A stretch of 64,000 nt of DNA. Origin: Candidatus Aceula meridiana (GTDB lineage: Bacteria > Omnitrophota > Gorgyraeia > Zapsychrales > Aceulaceae). Both the position numbers and the translations under genes were made by a program. Under the pieces are notes generated by a model. That model ran no database searches and was not told the DNA's origin. It saw only the letters and a list, made by a program, of their open reading frames with translations. How positions within the stretch are numbered: the stretch's first letter is position 1; each line of letters opens with the position of its first letter. Shown one piece after another: positions 36,601-42,119 of this stretch. The DNA is taken from positions 379,538-443,537 of the forward strand of contig JAVCDE010000024.1 of NCBI GenBank assembly GCA_030765185.1. Direction: 5' to 3'.

Positions 36601-38750
36601 CCATTTTCCTTGGCATGTCCGGCTAAAACATAGTGGCCAGGAACACCTAAAAATGCATCTTGAATGAGGCGTATCCCCTCCTCTAAAAATGCCATATGGC
36701 CTTTACCTTCATAAGAAGGCCCTACTCCCCAGATCACCATATTCGGTCCGTTACGCAGTTTTAGCTTTCCAGACATCTGCTTGGTTTGCTTTTTCATGGC
36801 ATTCCAAAAGCGATACTGGGCATCTGTTTCGCTTAATTTACCGGATAAAAATTCTTCAATTTTGCTGCCGTGGGTATCAATATCTTTTAAAAGACTTTCA
36901 TATTCTTTGCTTGTCATCTTGCGAAGCTTTTTGCCATCAGCAACAAGATCGCCGTAAAAGAAATAACGCTGAGTTTCAGGAACCTGCAAGAGATCAAGCA
37001 TATTGTTTAAAATATTGGGGAAAGAGTGATAGTCTGTGCGCTTTTGAGGAGCAAGGCCGTCTAAGGCAAAGGCCTCAACACGATTCATATCTGGCTTGTG
37101 ACCAAAATCGATGTTGGGTTTGTTTAAAAATTCTTGCGTTTTTGCTTTATCCCAAGTATTGAGAATATCAGCGAGTAGACGGTACGACACCCAAGGCGTA
37201 TCGCCTGTTGCAAAGTTGACTACAAATTTCTCACCCGATTTAGCAGTGCGCTCCCAAGCTTGGTACTCAGCAATAAATTCTTCAACAAATTTCTCAGCTA
37301 CGGCCACGATATCCTTTAGGATGTGGGCATCCATAGTCTCAGATTGATTAACCGTAAAATTATAAATCGCCTGGGCTGGATTTTGATAATATCCGAGCTC
37401 TCTAAGCTTTTCAAAAGCTGTGCGGACCTCTTGCTCTGATGAGTCTTCCTTAATAGAGGTGATGATTTTCTTTGCCTGCTTTTTGGCTTGTACTGCGCTA
37501 GAGACAAAAAAACTTGCCGCACTCTTATCTCCAGCTGACACAAAAACAAGATCAATATCCTGAAAGCTTGAGGATGTTACCCATTGCGGCAGAGGTGCGG
37601 ATATGGTTGAAGTAAAACTTAAAACTTGGGTAATATTCCAATTGATTCCACCGGAAAAATACTTGCGTGGAACATTCTTTTGCGTATATTTATCATATTC
37701 AACTTTAATATAATCGCAAACACCTTTTTTAAATGACTCGATATACTGAGAATAAATTTCTTCAGTGGCGCCTTCTTTAGCTAAATCAACGCCTTTAACT
37801 TTGCTTTTATCCGCGTACGCTTTTGTTAAAAATGCGTTTTTAAGTTTTGTTTTAAACCATGTTGCCAAAATCATGGAGTGATAGATTTGACGAAGCTGGG
37901 AAAAATTACGCCCGAAGTTAACTTCATGTTCAAGCTCAGGAATAATAATTTCACGGACAATATCAGAAGTAAGCGTAGAACTTTTAGCATTGTTAGCGCT
38001 TAACGTAGAGCGTTTAGCGTTTAGATTATTTATTTCTTCTATGCGTTGCGCACTATCCGCTATCCGCTGTTCGCTATGCGCTAGATAGTCTTCCTCCAAC
38101 ATTACTTTTAGTTTGCTCTCAGCAACAAACGCCCTATCCCCGTTCTCGTACACAACTGCTTTTTCAGGTACAATCCATACCTTACTAAAAGTATCGACCG
38201 GAATGTCCGTTGTCCCATATTCTTCGTAGGCCCTTTCATAAACTCTTTCCCAGAACTTTTTGCCCATCTCATCTTCAGGATAAATTAAGGAAGCTGTGAC
38301 TTGTTTTAACAAATAATCTTGGGCAAGCATGTCACGGCCCATTTCGGTTACGCCTAAAGACTCTGGCACAATACGGCCTTTTTCATAAGGCGAAAGGTTG
38401 ACCCAGAGATCATCCTCAGGAAGAGTTAAAGATGCTAAGAAGTAACGTACAAGTTTTTCGCTCTCTCCTTTTAATTCCGCCGTTTCAAGCCGAGATTGGC
38501 CTTTATCCAGAATAAAATTAAACTTCAATGGCTCTTTGGGATAGACTTGAATTCCTCTTAAAATCGCCGGAGTAAATGAGGGGCTTAAAGGCACTGTAGC
38601 GCCAGGGATAGGAAGGCCTAAAACATTGGAGGCTATTGCCTTAGGAAGATACTGGGGAAGGCATACGTTCTCTGTAAAGGCCACTAAAATAAGTATAGCA
38701 ATAGCCTTAAAAACAGATCGAAATCTATATCTGTTAATAATAAGATTCAT
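24399..38750 (-). CDS. Giant (4783 aa) modular exported protein: cap domains plus tandem enzyme cargo modules
   Basis: Uninterrupted 14.35-kb ORF; hydrophobic N-terminus; multiple enzyme motifs separated by Ser-rich/PAQ linkers; C-terminal GGIDFNP...IEGFVPVIINITP. Confidence 0.92.
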   Translation of the reverse strand: MNLIINRYRFRSVFKAIAILILVAFTENVCLPQYLPKAIASNVLGLPIPGATVPLSPSFTPAILRGIQVYPKEPLKFNFILDKGQSRLETAELKGESEKLVRYFLASLTLPEDDLWVNLSPYEKGRIVPESLGVTEMGRDMLAQDYLLKQVTASLIYPEDEMGKKFWERVYERAYEEYGTTDIPVDTFSKVWIVPEKAVVYENGDRAFVAESKLKVMLEEDYLAHSEQRIADSAQRIEEINNLNAKRSTLSANNAKSSTLTSDIVREIIIPELEHEVNFGRNFSQLRQIYHSMILATWFKTKLKNAFLTKAYADKSKVKGVDLAKEGATEEIYSQYIESFKKGVCDYIKVEYDKYTQKNVPRKYFSGGINWNITQVLSFTSTISAPLPQWVTSSSFQDIDLVFVSAGDKSAASFFVSSAVQAKKQAKKIITSIKEDSSEQEVRTAFEKLRELGYYQNPAQAIYNFTVNQSETMDAHILKDIVAVAEKFVEEFIAEYQAWERTAKSGEKFVVNFATGDTPWVSYRLLADILNTWDKAKTQEFLNKPNIDFGHKPDMNRVEAFALDGLAPQKRTDYHSFPNILNNMLDLLQVPETQRYFFYGDLVADGKKLRKMTSKEYESLLKDIDTHGSKIEEFLSGKLSETDAQYRFWNAMKKQTKQMSGKLKLRNGPNMVIWGVGPSYEGKGHMAFLEEGIRLIQDAFLGVPGHYVLAGHAKENGGYRNMVKRGYGFMTYGFKELLNRKKNPKHIVFATTASKRNSMHYGIEEGRVFKGSGKERKVVYPLQAVRDQRGSYLVAGGSEENLRLRRHFWHFDLIDEWTPKMIRKFFVYLVDDVKKNNPEKTLLNFKQKDVFEFLESDAAKLFGAPPIVRKIVEYNLKSLKKYGAWEELKKEIAQAIRDNTITPNGIIEKLGWEPGDRDKKVDIINPHLDDDYFAKRENIRVLAKQGYDIEIHYTAKGTTAVDDLYVAQVLRRIKRWDKAKLDAVSKRTTSQVAQELIPTLESQNLHTSPSDFDPWTHMTEKEKDLRAQALFLEIFHPHSIQENRQHLLHLIDALLESFNEKARWGARDVESIGHIKAAIRIFENKTAMMSLGIPYEKIHDPMDSTFYSEEGWGGAAGEEDIERVKNILRKRKPDLIISNGEGFADYRAHSNTEAIVISATYDLIDEGVFNPKKLKYMTYAGVWDRTRIDSPDVFSVVHSEQQLNEGERKSRQHFSTQSPTPIIDSGFAFPKFFSETVLLNAGISRKELLKFLPGLVDQFSILKNNLSGVLNYRLVDLNDRQTEKELKAKVEELGYVRPYLNRASNVAMNGPAPMPEFRLFEYDDILDDNENVRVIGDMVKALGQKGYKTRQEKGKVLFVGAKRGANQFFRLAREFPSAEIYVLEWNPSYFESLKTSFGAMSEDIKRRFHLIGNKPHNLKSIFKDASVSTVMFGSEIDAYFLAEQNPKAIFKEMGRVLKPNGYLAGDALSYAEKSFVILKGLGFENFSISLEKVIVAQKASSSSKKKEAKKDLEKPIVDGYFFLPGSPDIAVETTVKPGTSIFESRKKKEAFRQLDLKDVNYYILDLAGVIIDVEKFDQAPFAFVYAMIKNGVKDPEGFTPKEADLQEGHQFQKPPGQSTGPIFKQLITSKFADKFSFASDTDIDVFVDKLYKFYQQSRNDAVNKVLTRPKDQVERILFKPGVAEFLKDKIAQGATLVVLSGAKKEDKQPILEKLGLMESFKDIHFARTSKNKVEVFKKLIDEIDPNENVIIVDDSAKNVKEFRNILTQREEQKEKIYVVGLIEGNEGKAEKMDPHADGIVDDLGDLVVSSAISDPAQEASSSLRKKIVEGYNNIFTKIGLRRFDERDNPRKSPSDSSIQASSIKVYNPESLIDKLVEKGEIVLQSNDGEEFKFQLKEDTTPGSYRFAVIREDKEVGHYYLRADQVGLNRKEVRVAIRVEEKNYRGLGRALVSFALALCKRNSRDFLEANNVLDFSFFYEMGFEGRISNINKHLYFNLKTSEIPLIQIVEKKSYRYLKNAILYEGIISKRRNRAKIIREAQKIAQDYPGTKVAILEEGSKELVRVESQFPGKVLFEKSASVYDSNKEEIMQKARNRAAKIKIENPRAMIVDQRVNYPEGGKAVNLKVMVVEEDREAVWSVASSVASAPEQRTDNPELFTYESLVQKTDFLKEITRLNNNKEPAVINAVGSLEDVFKKVRQKLEEAKKNNNLTFLFAEIIRDHKTSHIVILDEIENLEEGLSHFIVDSSSSKSLNDNILYLRIDYDRKRKEFMRDEISVGRGDNSRFSESNIQRKGFGSEIYEKTVESLSLKYPGLKIRSYVVDSWAEDRFIEYFNPSHVNIEALEGTIPTLEQLKLIKQKKKEEGQFADPAQGADSALVTTADKMKEIGRWLGLKRSEKGKKYPVICVNGPPGAGKTIAIRAIIETLLKEEGITDFDWKDGEGDSEKQAARKELVNYGIKYYDEFDERDGVEYFEALENLINRIDVVILETVRQPVSYDWKDPDRLLLVRVVPVNEEKRKRKIKERELSLVEVERLSDISSSRYSDLDRVPSNIKNIITIVNSYSENPEDLARGFEEGLTVSSSSTLTSGDKISSFAPDLAQKPGSFSAVVNNMEIPKKKEDLAAIGRNEKQSSATPIEPKSIAQAHSFVESLPDLKDQEVIVVGPGEDYLHNKLYVNMGFIAEEEFANMIFWEEMFLEAGAKVSLYEPDKRINGLWQEWANKVKNNNLTVVPDGKASFDQAEIIKKPAQVLVMMSILSDPSILKKTRVKIFQNAMNALELEDEGVIVLGYYNDYGDSRGKVFFENEIKRTKEIIELAGYKIQGQPLAKGSEPSHPQMKSHTWEAYRVDKKQKLLTGEDSLEQEISKILSPLDEEFIRDLIERKQNTILEDPDYFKEHNIFSEVFDELCKKTGMLNFLISKSLDRHQETIRLWREGGILFPRAPQEIKKIADWAAPFNEDLARSLGLLMFGIVKEKSADELFEDVRKEDGFTIGDMIRQIRLQRFQSQEDFWKAVSAGQEDLKNIKVTNGKKRISNIEKCDTLQGKSIAGALADCIGITAKEEFITYIPRKSLTQDWENTEQVKNSRSQAQLVEEIKEFLKEGGFAQYVIDFVEKEKGVTFWFARGFAAYLTERLENEYDRKITTRMIGEVLDLSHSSISVGVNSTIVPTGVRGKTTADSLISKYITFVEKDGDFKNGEKAKEYFLEICSNNHVKEVFKVFVPDIIVSSTKAKTLKEMCEFLRNSRPQLYNSLFQHLWENSTQKVITLKGNDSTLYRALARLAQSGSGSSSTIDDGQDAQAKVYNPDDAHASSGAGNEVTDSAKEEEKIIEPIYSEDGKKISSSAHTPAQSLLLSNERRKRDFISNNPHFQELIAEYKKDFDRLVERHSIDMFNDIYDWSEVDWVGGESKYFFRHLLKRMIEEFPSAQLDLLLPELIEAWKHLKNSRTDSRADSFNAFLDAKALYEDPDDAGKIARDYVRLSDTAGRGAQPLFRRNLPTLLKGIDSETLKTIWPEIVKLGEEAGVKKITAIMTALAGITDKLHTPEDVRQYGAVLLELANNSMEPSDHFNESPTLLGGVALVSPFVNSPEELRVRGQALIESEKRFGDNASWLFSVAETYKTLYDDFDGFNRLIDEFLQYKETAGFNAFKTLNAMGPLVNTNEDLKSVMRELQNIFGQHDEWTISATLESIKNLITTIPELKKAGEELIKVHQKGDWQILGTGFEVVNILIDSLDGIVPMADELIGLQISEDERSDVFRGLGNLRKILGDEAFRQSWASTKDLVNKAGEYAPHILNYGIGNLKHLVQDEESLKSVGDQLLLLAQRLGSGKTFNAFSGGLKAAVSLINSSEDVLSVGSELARMRESATDSEEILFRSLSVLSRRLGEDRFRQFWPAIVETSVDAGDEAWKIIEHGASDIVAILDSEDDYRTMSKILLDAFLRLRYRDRKNYDLLSDGVMVLQHLITDLSSLEVIVNAFVSLEHRFDGQQDHFYRALGDVMRRNKERITDLRNLNVFMDEVYESVRDYSRGSYSQGEQSGYDSDGFTKDNEMYQNSLAVLGLDEIPGNLKGLKRTRNAKVKEMYKEERSPDQIQTRLGLDEMKTGENSEYKEAHDQLSAIHIAFEYLRRFVKDEPDLPQNSSSGENTNDIRPSPFGGEKSDFVQGESISSPAQGAEGSATDSEGTNFSLMNENEPLGIKGNIEYVNAALQKYRDAINLVKNVLGKPERGKTEKEKIEVQAYFDLMKALSDYFGENTTYIYPVSGADSIPAIFRKTFPINKDQNDFDRGEELISRNLGVPLAERVNLVDRTAKNFIDDAESYIAELKIISGKKVLLFKGLLNFVVWPGDNQYEKSLQIVQKIIEEVLINEGDSVVMLRQVDLLHGPQEKELGFFDILNVNLGPSGPPTRTGDDAKAFLLPDVCKIWVKGKTSPTVSAEVRKSGGIAATSVQKATFEAKKYLESLGMNFDLVGKQPTVDYFSPVSGVEVSADKMFEERMVAKILELARILDKTIAIHVLAAERVARMTEFRHTGHAMIIKPGFLELIKKKHNEESKKRVPLFEGSISTEKEVAELFFKKFIKAVSETFHYGYRIEDNEPSVPVTIFVDYDSGLKEQQLMTRDDYLFPYTTFALDFEDSNQFQRRILNLIQWHSAEISVKDKDGVLKGRPYVVIDRLITERYLDALIEIANKPLRDLSAAELSSAPGGIDFNPQALDLQIQGEGVEFELPVELQGIDFNNIEGFVPVIINITPVTNIWTLMGLNKEDFDDSEWAQEIEADEPKELSYLN
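26700..28450 (-). repeat. Cargo: ~38-41 aa alpha-helical protein repeats
   Basis: TLNAMGPLVNTNEDLKSV..EL, TLESIKNLITTIPELKKAGEEL, GIGNLKHLVQDEESLKSVGDQL, GLKAAVSLINSSEDVLSVGSEL and others. Confidence 0.7.
30200..30840 (-). other. Cargo: Rossmann/methyltransferase-like domain
   Basis: VIVVGPG, KVSLYEPD, VLVMMSILSDP, GVIVLG. Confidence 0.45.
31020..31600 (-). other. Cargo: P-loop nucleotide-kinase-like domain
   Basis: VICVNGPPGAGKT Walker A (31503-31526), DVVILE Walker B-like. Confidence 0.72.
31690..33150 (-). other. Cargo: two GNAT-like acetyltransferase domains with an unassigned segment between them
   Basis: NYRGLGRALVSFA...FFYEMGFE and NIQRKGFGSEIY acetyl-CoA-binding loops. Confidence 0.6.
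33340..34100 (-). other. Cargo: HAD-superfamily hydrolase domain
   Basis: ILDLAGVIID (motif I), PGVAEFL, VVLSG (II), K (III), IIVDDS (IV). Confidence 0.75.
34260..34760 (-). other. Cargo: class I SAM-dependent methyltransferase-like domain
   Basis: KVLFVGAKRG, IYVLEWN, FKDASVSTV, FKEMGRVLKPNGYL. Confidence 0.7.
34790..37480 (-). other. Cargo: glucosamine-6-phosphate deaminase (NagB) + PIG-L/LmbE deacetylase domain
   Basis: FATGDTP, FALDG...YHSF, GVG..GHMAFLEEG; PHLDDD, KGTTAVDD, KPDLII..G..ADYRAH, YAGVWD parallel the long NagB-PIG-L fusion. Confidence 0.78.
37645..38750 (-). other. Giant protein N-terminal signal segment and cap domain (~370 aa)
   Basis: AIAILILVAF hydrophobic stretch; LP.PG..V.LSPSF.P, FLASLTLPEDDLWVNLSPYE, MLAQDYLLKQ, KVWIVP, RKYFSGG; resembles N-termini I recall from Omnitrophota giant proteins (unverified). 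Confidence 0.65.
37993..38084. repeat. Two inverted arrays of 7-nt tandem repeats, in frame inside the giant gene
   Basis: Minus strand TAGCGCA TAGCGAA CAGCGGA TAGCGGA TAG..., then CTAAACG CTAAACG CTCTACG TTAAGCG CTA. Confidence 0.75.
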
Positions 38751-38855
38751 ATATTTATATTTGTATAAGAGTTAATTTTTTCAAGTATAGCATATTCCCC
38801 CCAGATTGCCAGAAACCCACAGACCTAAAAAATGGGTTAAAATGGGTTAAAATCC

Positions 38856-38884
38856 TTGCCAAAAGCAATAGAGGTAGATATAAT
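38856..38884 (+). promoter_or_regulatory. Sigma70 promoter for the PpiD/SurA-like gene (divergent from the giant gene)
   Basis: TTGCCA-N17-TATAAT; the opposite strand has CTGGCA-N17-TATACT with extended TG pointing at the giant gene. Confidence 0.6.
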
Positions 38885-39017
38885 TATCAAAAGATTTTTA
38901 AAATTTAAAACAATCCCGATTTTTCGCTTTGCGAAAAACGAGATAAATTCGCCCTTCAAATTTACACTCACTAACGTTCTGTACCATTGGGGCTTGATTA
39001 TTGAGAAAGGCTCATTT

Positions 39018-40511
39018 ATGTTAAAAATTTTACGTAAAAAAGGCATCGCTAAAAAGCTGCTTTGGGTTTTGGCTATAATCATTACCCTTTCTTTTATGCT
39101 CTGGGGCGTCTCTTCATCTTTACAACAAACAAGTTCTGTTAAATCTGCCGGTAGAATTTTCAACCGTAAAGTATCTTTTGAAGACTTCCAAAGGGCCCTA
39201 TTGCACGTGCGTAATCAGGCCATCATGCGCTACGGAGAAAACTTTTACCAAATCAGCCAATTTCTAGATTTGGACTCTCAAGCCTGGGACCGATTGATTC
39301 TTTTGCATGAGGCCAAAGAACGTAAAGTCAAAATTCCTGACGCGCAAGTTGTGGCGGCTGTCTCGGAGTTTCCTTTCTTCCAACGTGACGGCGCCTTTGA
39401 CAAAGCTCTTTATGATCAAATTGTTCAATATGTTTTTCGCTGCCGGCCGCGTGATTTTGAAGAAGGCGTACGCGAATCTTTAATGTTTAAGAAAATCTTT
39501 GATGATGAGACAGCGTTTATTAATGTTTCTGAAGATGACGTTCTTAAAGAATACCAAAAACAAAACGAAAAAGTCCAGGTCGAGTATGTTTTGTTCTCTA
39601 CCTCGGATTATGAAAAAGAAGTCTCTTCCCTGGAGGAAGAAGTTCAAAAATATTATGAGAGTCATAAAAATGACTTCAAAATCCCATCGACCATTAATGT
39701 CTCCTACCTTGCCTTAGAATACCCTAAAGAAGCCACAGATGAACAAAAGGATTCTATCAAAAAGAAAGCAGCGGATATTGCTGGTGATATTGCGGGTGAA
39801 CTTTCTTTAGAAGACATTGCTAAGAAATATGAGTTAGAAATAAAAACAAGTGGATTCTTTAGCAAGGAACAGCCTAAAATGGACTTAGGCTGGCCTTTAG
39901 AAATTTTTCAGCGTGCACTTTCTTTAAAAATAGACGAACTGGCAGGACCGATGGAAACAAACAAAGGCTACTATCTTCTTAAGCTTCAAGACCAAAAAGA
40001 ATCTTATGTTCCTGATTTTGAACAAGCGAAAGAAAAAGCTCGAAAAGCTATTGTTACCCAAAAAGCAAAAATTATTGCCCAAGAAAAAGCAAAACAAGCT
40101 TTAGCGCAAATTCAAGAATTTCTCGTTCAAAACCCTAACGCAAAATTCGCCCAAGCTGTCAAAAAAGTCGGCCAAAACATTCAGCAAAGCCCTCTTTTTA
40201 CGCACGGACAATATCTTCCGCAGATAGGCCCGGCTCCTCAATTTCATCAAGCTGCCTTTATGCTTTCCGACGAAGAAAAAATTAGTGATGTCATCGAGAC
40301 ATCGGGTGGTTACGCGATTTTGTCGCTTGTTTCATTTGAACCAATTGATGAGGCAAAATTTGAAGAAGAAAAAGAAGTTCTTTCCGAGAAGCTCTTAGTG
40401 CAGAAAAAAGAGGAAGCCTTTAATGCATTCTTAACGCGCTTAAGAATAAAAGCGCAGCTTCAGAATAACCTGAAGGCTTTGGAAAAATCCACTGAAAATT
40501 CACAAAACTAA
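39018..40511 (+). CDS. Membrane-anchored PpiD/SurA-like chaperone (peptidyl-prolyl isomerase family)
   Basis: ML..LRK...K.LLW.L..II..SF.LWG N-terminus, FQRDGAFD..LY, rotamase-like GP.ET..GYY; ATG 39018 behind GAAAGG. Confidence 0.82.
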   Translation: MLKILRKKGIAKKLLWVLAIIITLSFMLWGVSSSLQQTSSVKSAGRIFNRKVSFEDFQRALLHVRNQAIMRYGENFYQISQFLDLDSQAWDRLILLHEAKERKVKIPDAQVVAAVSEFPFFQRDGAFDKALYDQIVQYVFRCRPRDFEEGVRESLMFKKIFDDETAFINVSEDDVLKEYQKQNEKVQVEYVLFSTSDYEKEVSSLEEEVQKYYESHKNDFKIPSTINVSYLALEYPKEATDEQKDSIKKKAADIAGDIAGELSLEDIAKKYELEIKTSGFFSKEQPKMDLGWPLEIFQRALSLKIDELAGPMETNKGYYLLKLQDQKESYVPDFEQAKEKARKAIVTQKAKIIAQEKAKQALAQIQEFLVQNPNAKFAQAVKKVGQNIQQSPLFTHGQYLPQIGPAPQFHQAAFMLSDEEKISDVIETSGGYAILSLVSFEPIDEAKFEEEKEVLSEKLLVQKKEEAFNAFLTRLRIKAQLQNNLKALEKSTENSQN

Positions 40512-41011
40512 TCGATTAAAGCTTCAGCATATCCCTTAGGAAGGCTGTGTCCGACTGAAATAACAATGCCTTCCTTGTCTACAAGCACAAAGGTCGGAAC
40601 CCCCACGACTTGATACTCATCAGCAACGCTATTTCTTTCATCTAAAAAAATCTCTAAGCTAATACCCGCGCGTTTAACATAAGAGACGACCTGTTTCTTG
40701 CTTTCCCCTAAGTCAACAACAACAAGTTTAATCCCATTACTCTCGATGTTCAGGTATTCTCTATCAAGACCTTTTAGTGCCGTGCGGCAATGAGGACACC
40801 ATGTTGCCCAAAAAAATAAAATGGCAGGCTTGTCGTCACGATATTCTGTTAAACTAACATCGCTACGCGTTAAGGTTGGCAGACTAAATTCTGGAGCAGG
40901 CTCTCCCTCTAGACTATTCCCAAAAAGAAAAAACTGGGCCCCACTTTTTGACAAACCAAAAACCAAAAGGCCCAGGATAACAAGCATAACAACACGGCTA
41001 AAAATTTTCAT
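40508..41011 (-). CDS. TlpA/ResA thiol-disulfide oxidoreductase
   Basis: APEFSL, FWATWCPHC, GVPTFVLVD; N-terminal anchor. Confidence 0.9.
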   Translation of the reverse strand: MKIFSRVVMLVILGLLVFGLSKSGAQFFLFGNSLEGEPAPEFSLPTLTRSDVSLTEYRDDKPAILFFWATWCPHCRTALKGLDREYLNIESNGIKLVVVDLGESKKQVVSYVKRAGISLEIFLDERNSVADEYQVVGVPTFVLVDKEGIVISVGHSLPKGYAEALID

Positions 41012-41034
41012 ATCTTTTCCTCGCTTCTCCTAAG

Positions 41035-41349
41035 TTAACAAAAGGTTGAATCTTTAATCCACTTTAAATATTTCTTTTCTCCGGCTATAATCGGTAATGC
41101 AATAATCTCAGGAACCGAATAGCTATGGAGCGCTTTTACAGCTTTTACAATCTTAGGAAAACATTTCTTTTGGATCTTTAAAATAAGCAAAGTCTCTTTA
41201 GCATTATCTACCTTACCCTCCCACCAAAAAAAAGACTCAATATCTTTAACAATATTAACACAGGCAACTAACTTCTTGGCAACAAGAGCCTTGCTGATTT
41301 TCTTAGCCTCTGCACCACTTTTCACTGTTATTAAGACAACCATATTCAT
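41035..41349 (-). CDS. cutA: Divalent-cation tolerance protein CutA
   Basis: LVACVNI, S.FWWEG, LHSYSVPEIIALPI. Confidence 0.95.
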   Translation of the reverse strand: MNMVVLITVKSGAEAKKISKALVAKKLVACVNIVKDIESFFWWEGKVDNAKETLLILKIQKKCFPKIVKAVKALHSYSVPEIIALPIIAGEKKYLKWIKDSTFC

Positions 41350-41413
41350 AGACTACTATTTTCTTTTTGTGGGCTCATTGTATCTAAAAGAAGCCCCGAG
41401 ACAAAGCCCTTTT

Positions 41414-42115
41414 TTAAATTTTTAGCATGATGACGGAAAGGATGCGGCCGGTATCCTTTCCGTCTCTACGATAAGAAAAAAACTGTTTATTACAATATGT
41501 GCATACTCTCTTATCATAAATATTTTTAGGCACCACGCCAAGTGATGCTAGTTGCCTCTTGTTGGCTGCGGCGTTATCGAAATAAAACTTTCCACCTTCT
41601 AAAACGGTATCTTCTGGGAAGCGCCGCAAAAAAGTTCTATCAGTCTCAAAGCAACACACATGCATCGCTGGTCCAAAAGCAACTTTAACATCTTTGTATT
41701 GTGTGCGGTACTTGCGCTTCATGGCTTTCAGAGCGTGGATGACAATTCTTTTATCTGTAGATTTCCACCCTGCGTGAACGATACCAATAGCTTTGTGTTT
41801 TGAATCGTAAAGAAAGACCGGGAGACAGTCCGCAGTGCGGACTGTAAGCGCAACGCCAGGGATATTTGTTATTGAGGCATCAGCTTTAAGAATTTCGGCT
41901 TGATGCGGCCTTCCTAAAACAGTACGACGTCCATGAATTTGCTGAATGTTAAAAAGCGCTGCGCTATCTAAGCCGGCATGACTCTTTAAAAATATTTTTT
42001 GCGCGCGATTAAGAATAGGCGTGCTTTTTTTAAAATGAAAATCCGCTGCCCTATCGGTTGTAAAGGCGAGAATGTTTTTTGGGAAAATTTTCTCAAACGT
42101 AACGATATGTTTCAC
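41414..42115 (-). CDS. pgeF: PgeF/YfiH (laccase-domain purine nucleoside phosphorylase); start uncertain
   Basis: Q.HG, TADCLPV, HAGW, CT.C...FFSYRR. Confidence 0.9.
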   Translation of the reverse strand: MKHIVTFEKIFPKNILAFTTDRAADFHFKKSTPILNRAQKIFLKSHAGLDSAALFNIQQIHGRRTVLGRPHQAEILKADASITNIPGVALTVRTADCLPVFLYDSKHKAIGIVHAGWKSTDKRIVIHALKAMKRKYRTQYKDVKVAFGPAMHVCCFETDRTFLRRFPEDTVLEGGKFYFDNAAANKRQLASLGVVPKNIYDKRVCTYCNKQFFSYRRDGKDTGRILSVIMLKI

Positions 42116-42119
42116 AATA

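Noticed and set aside
24399-38750. Giant gene as NRPS/PKS, RTX/Ig-repeat adhesin, Rhs or intein-containing protein
   Set aside because: No condensation/KS/carrier motifs, GGxGxD, YD repeats or intein splice motifs recognised by eye
38837-39163. 108-aa minus-strand ORF and the 5' extension (38856-39017) of the PpiD-like ORF
   Set aside because: The former is antisense to a real gene; the extension starts inside the -35 box, and ATG 39018 gives the typical N-terminus
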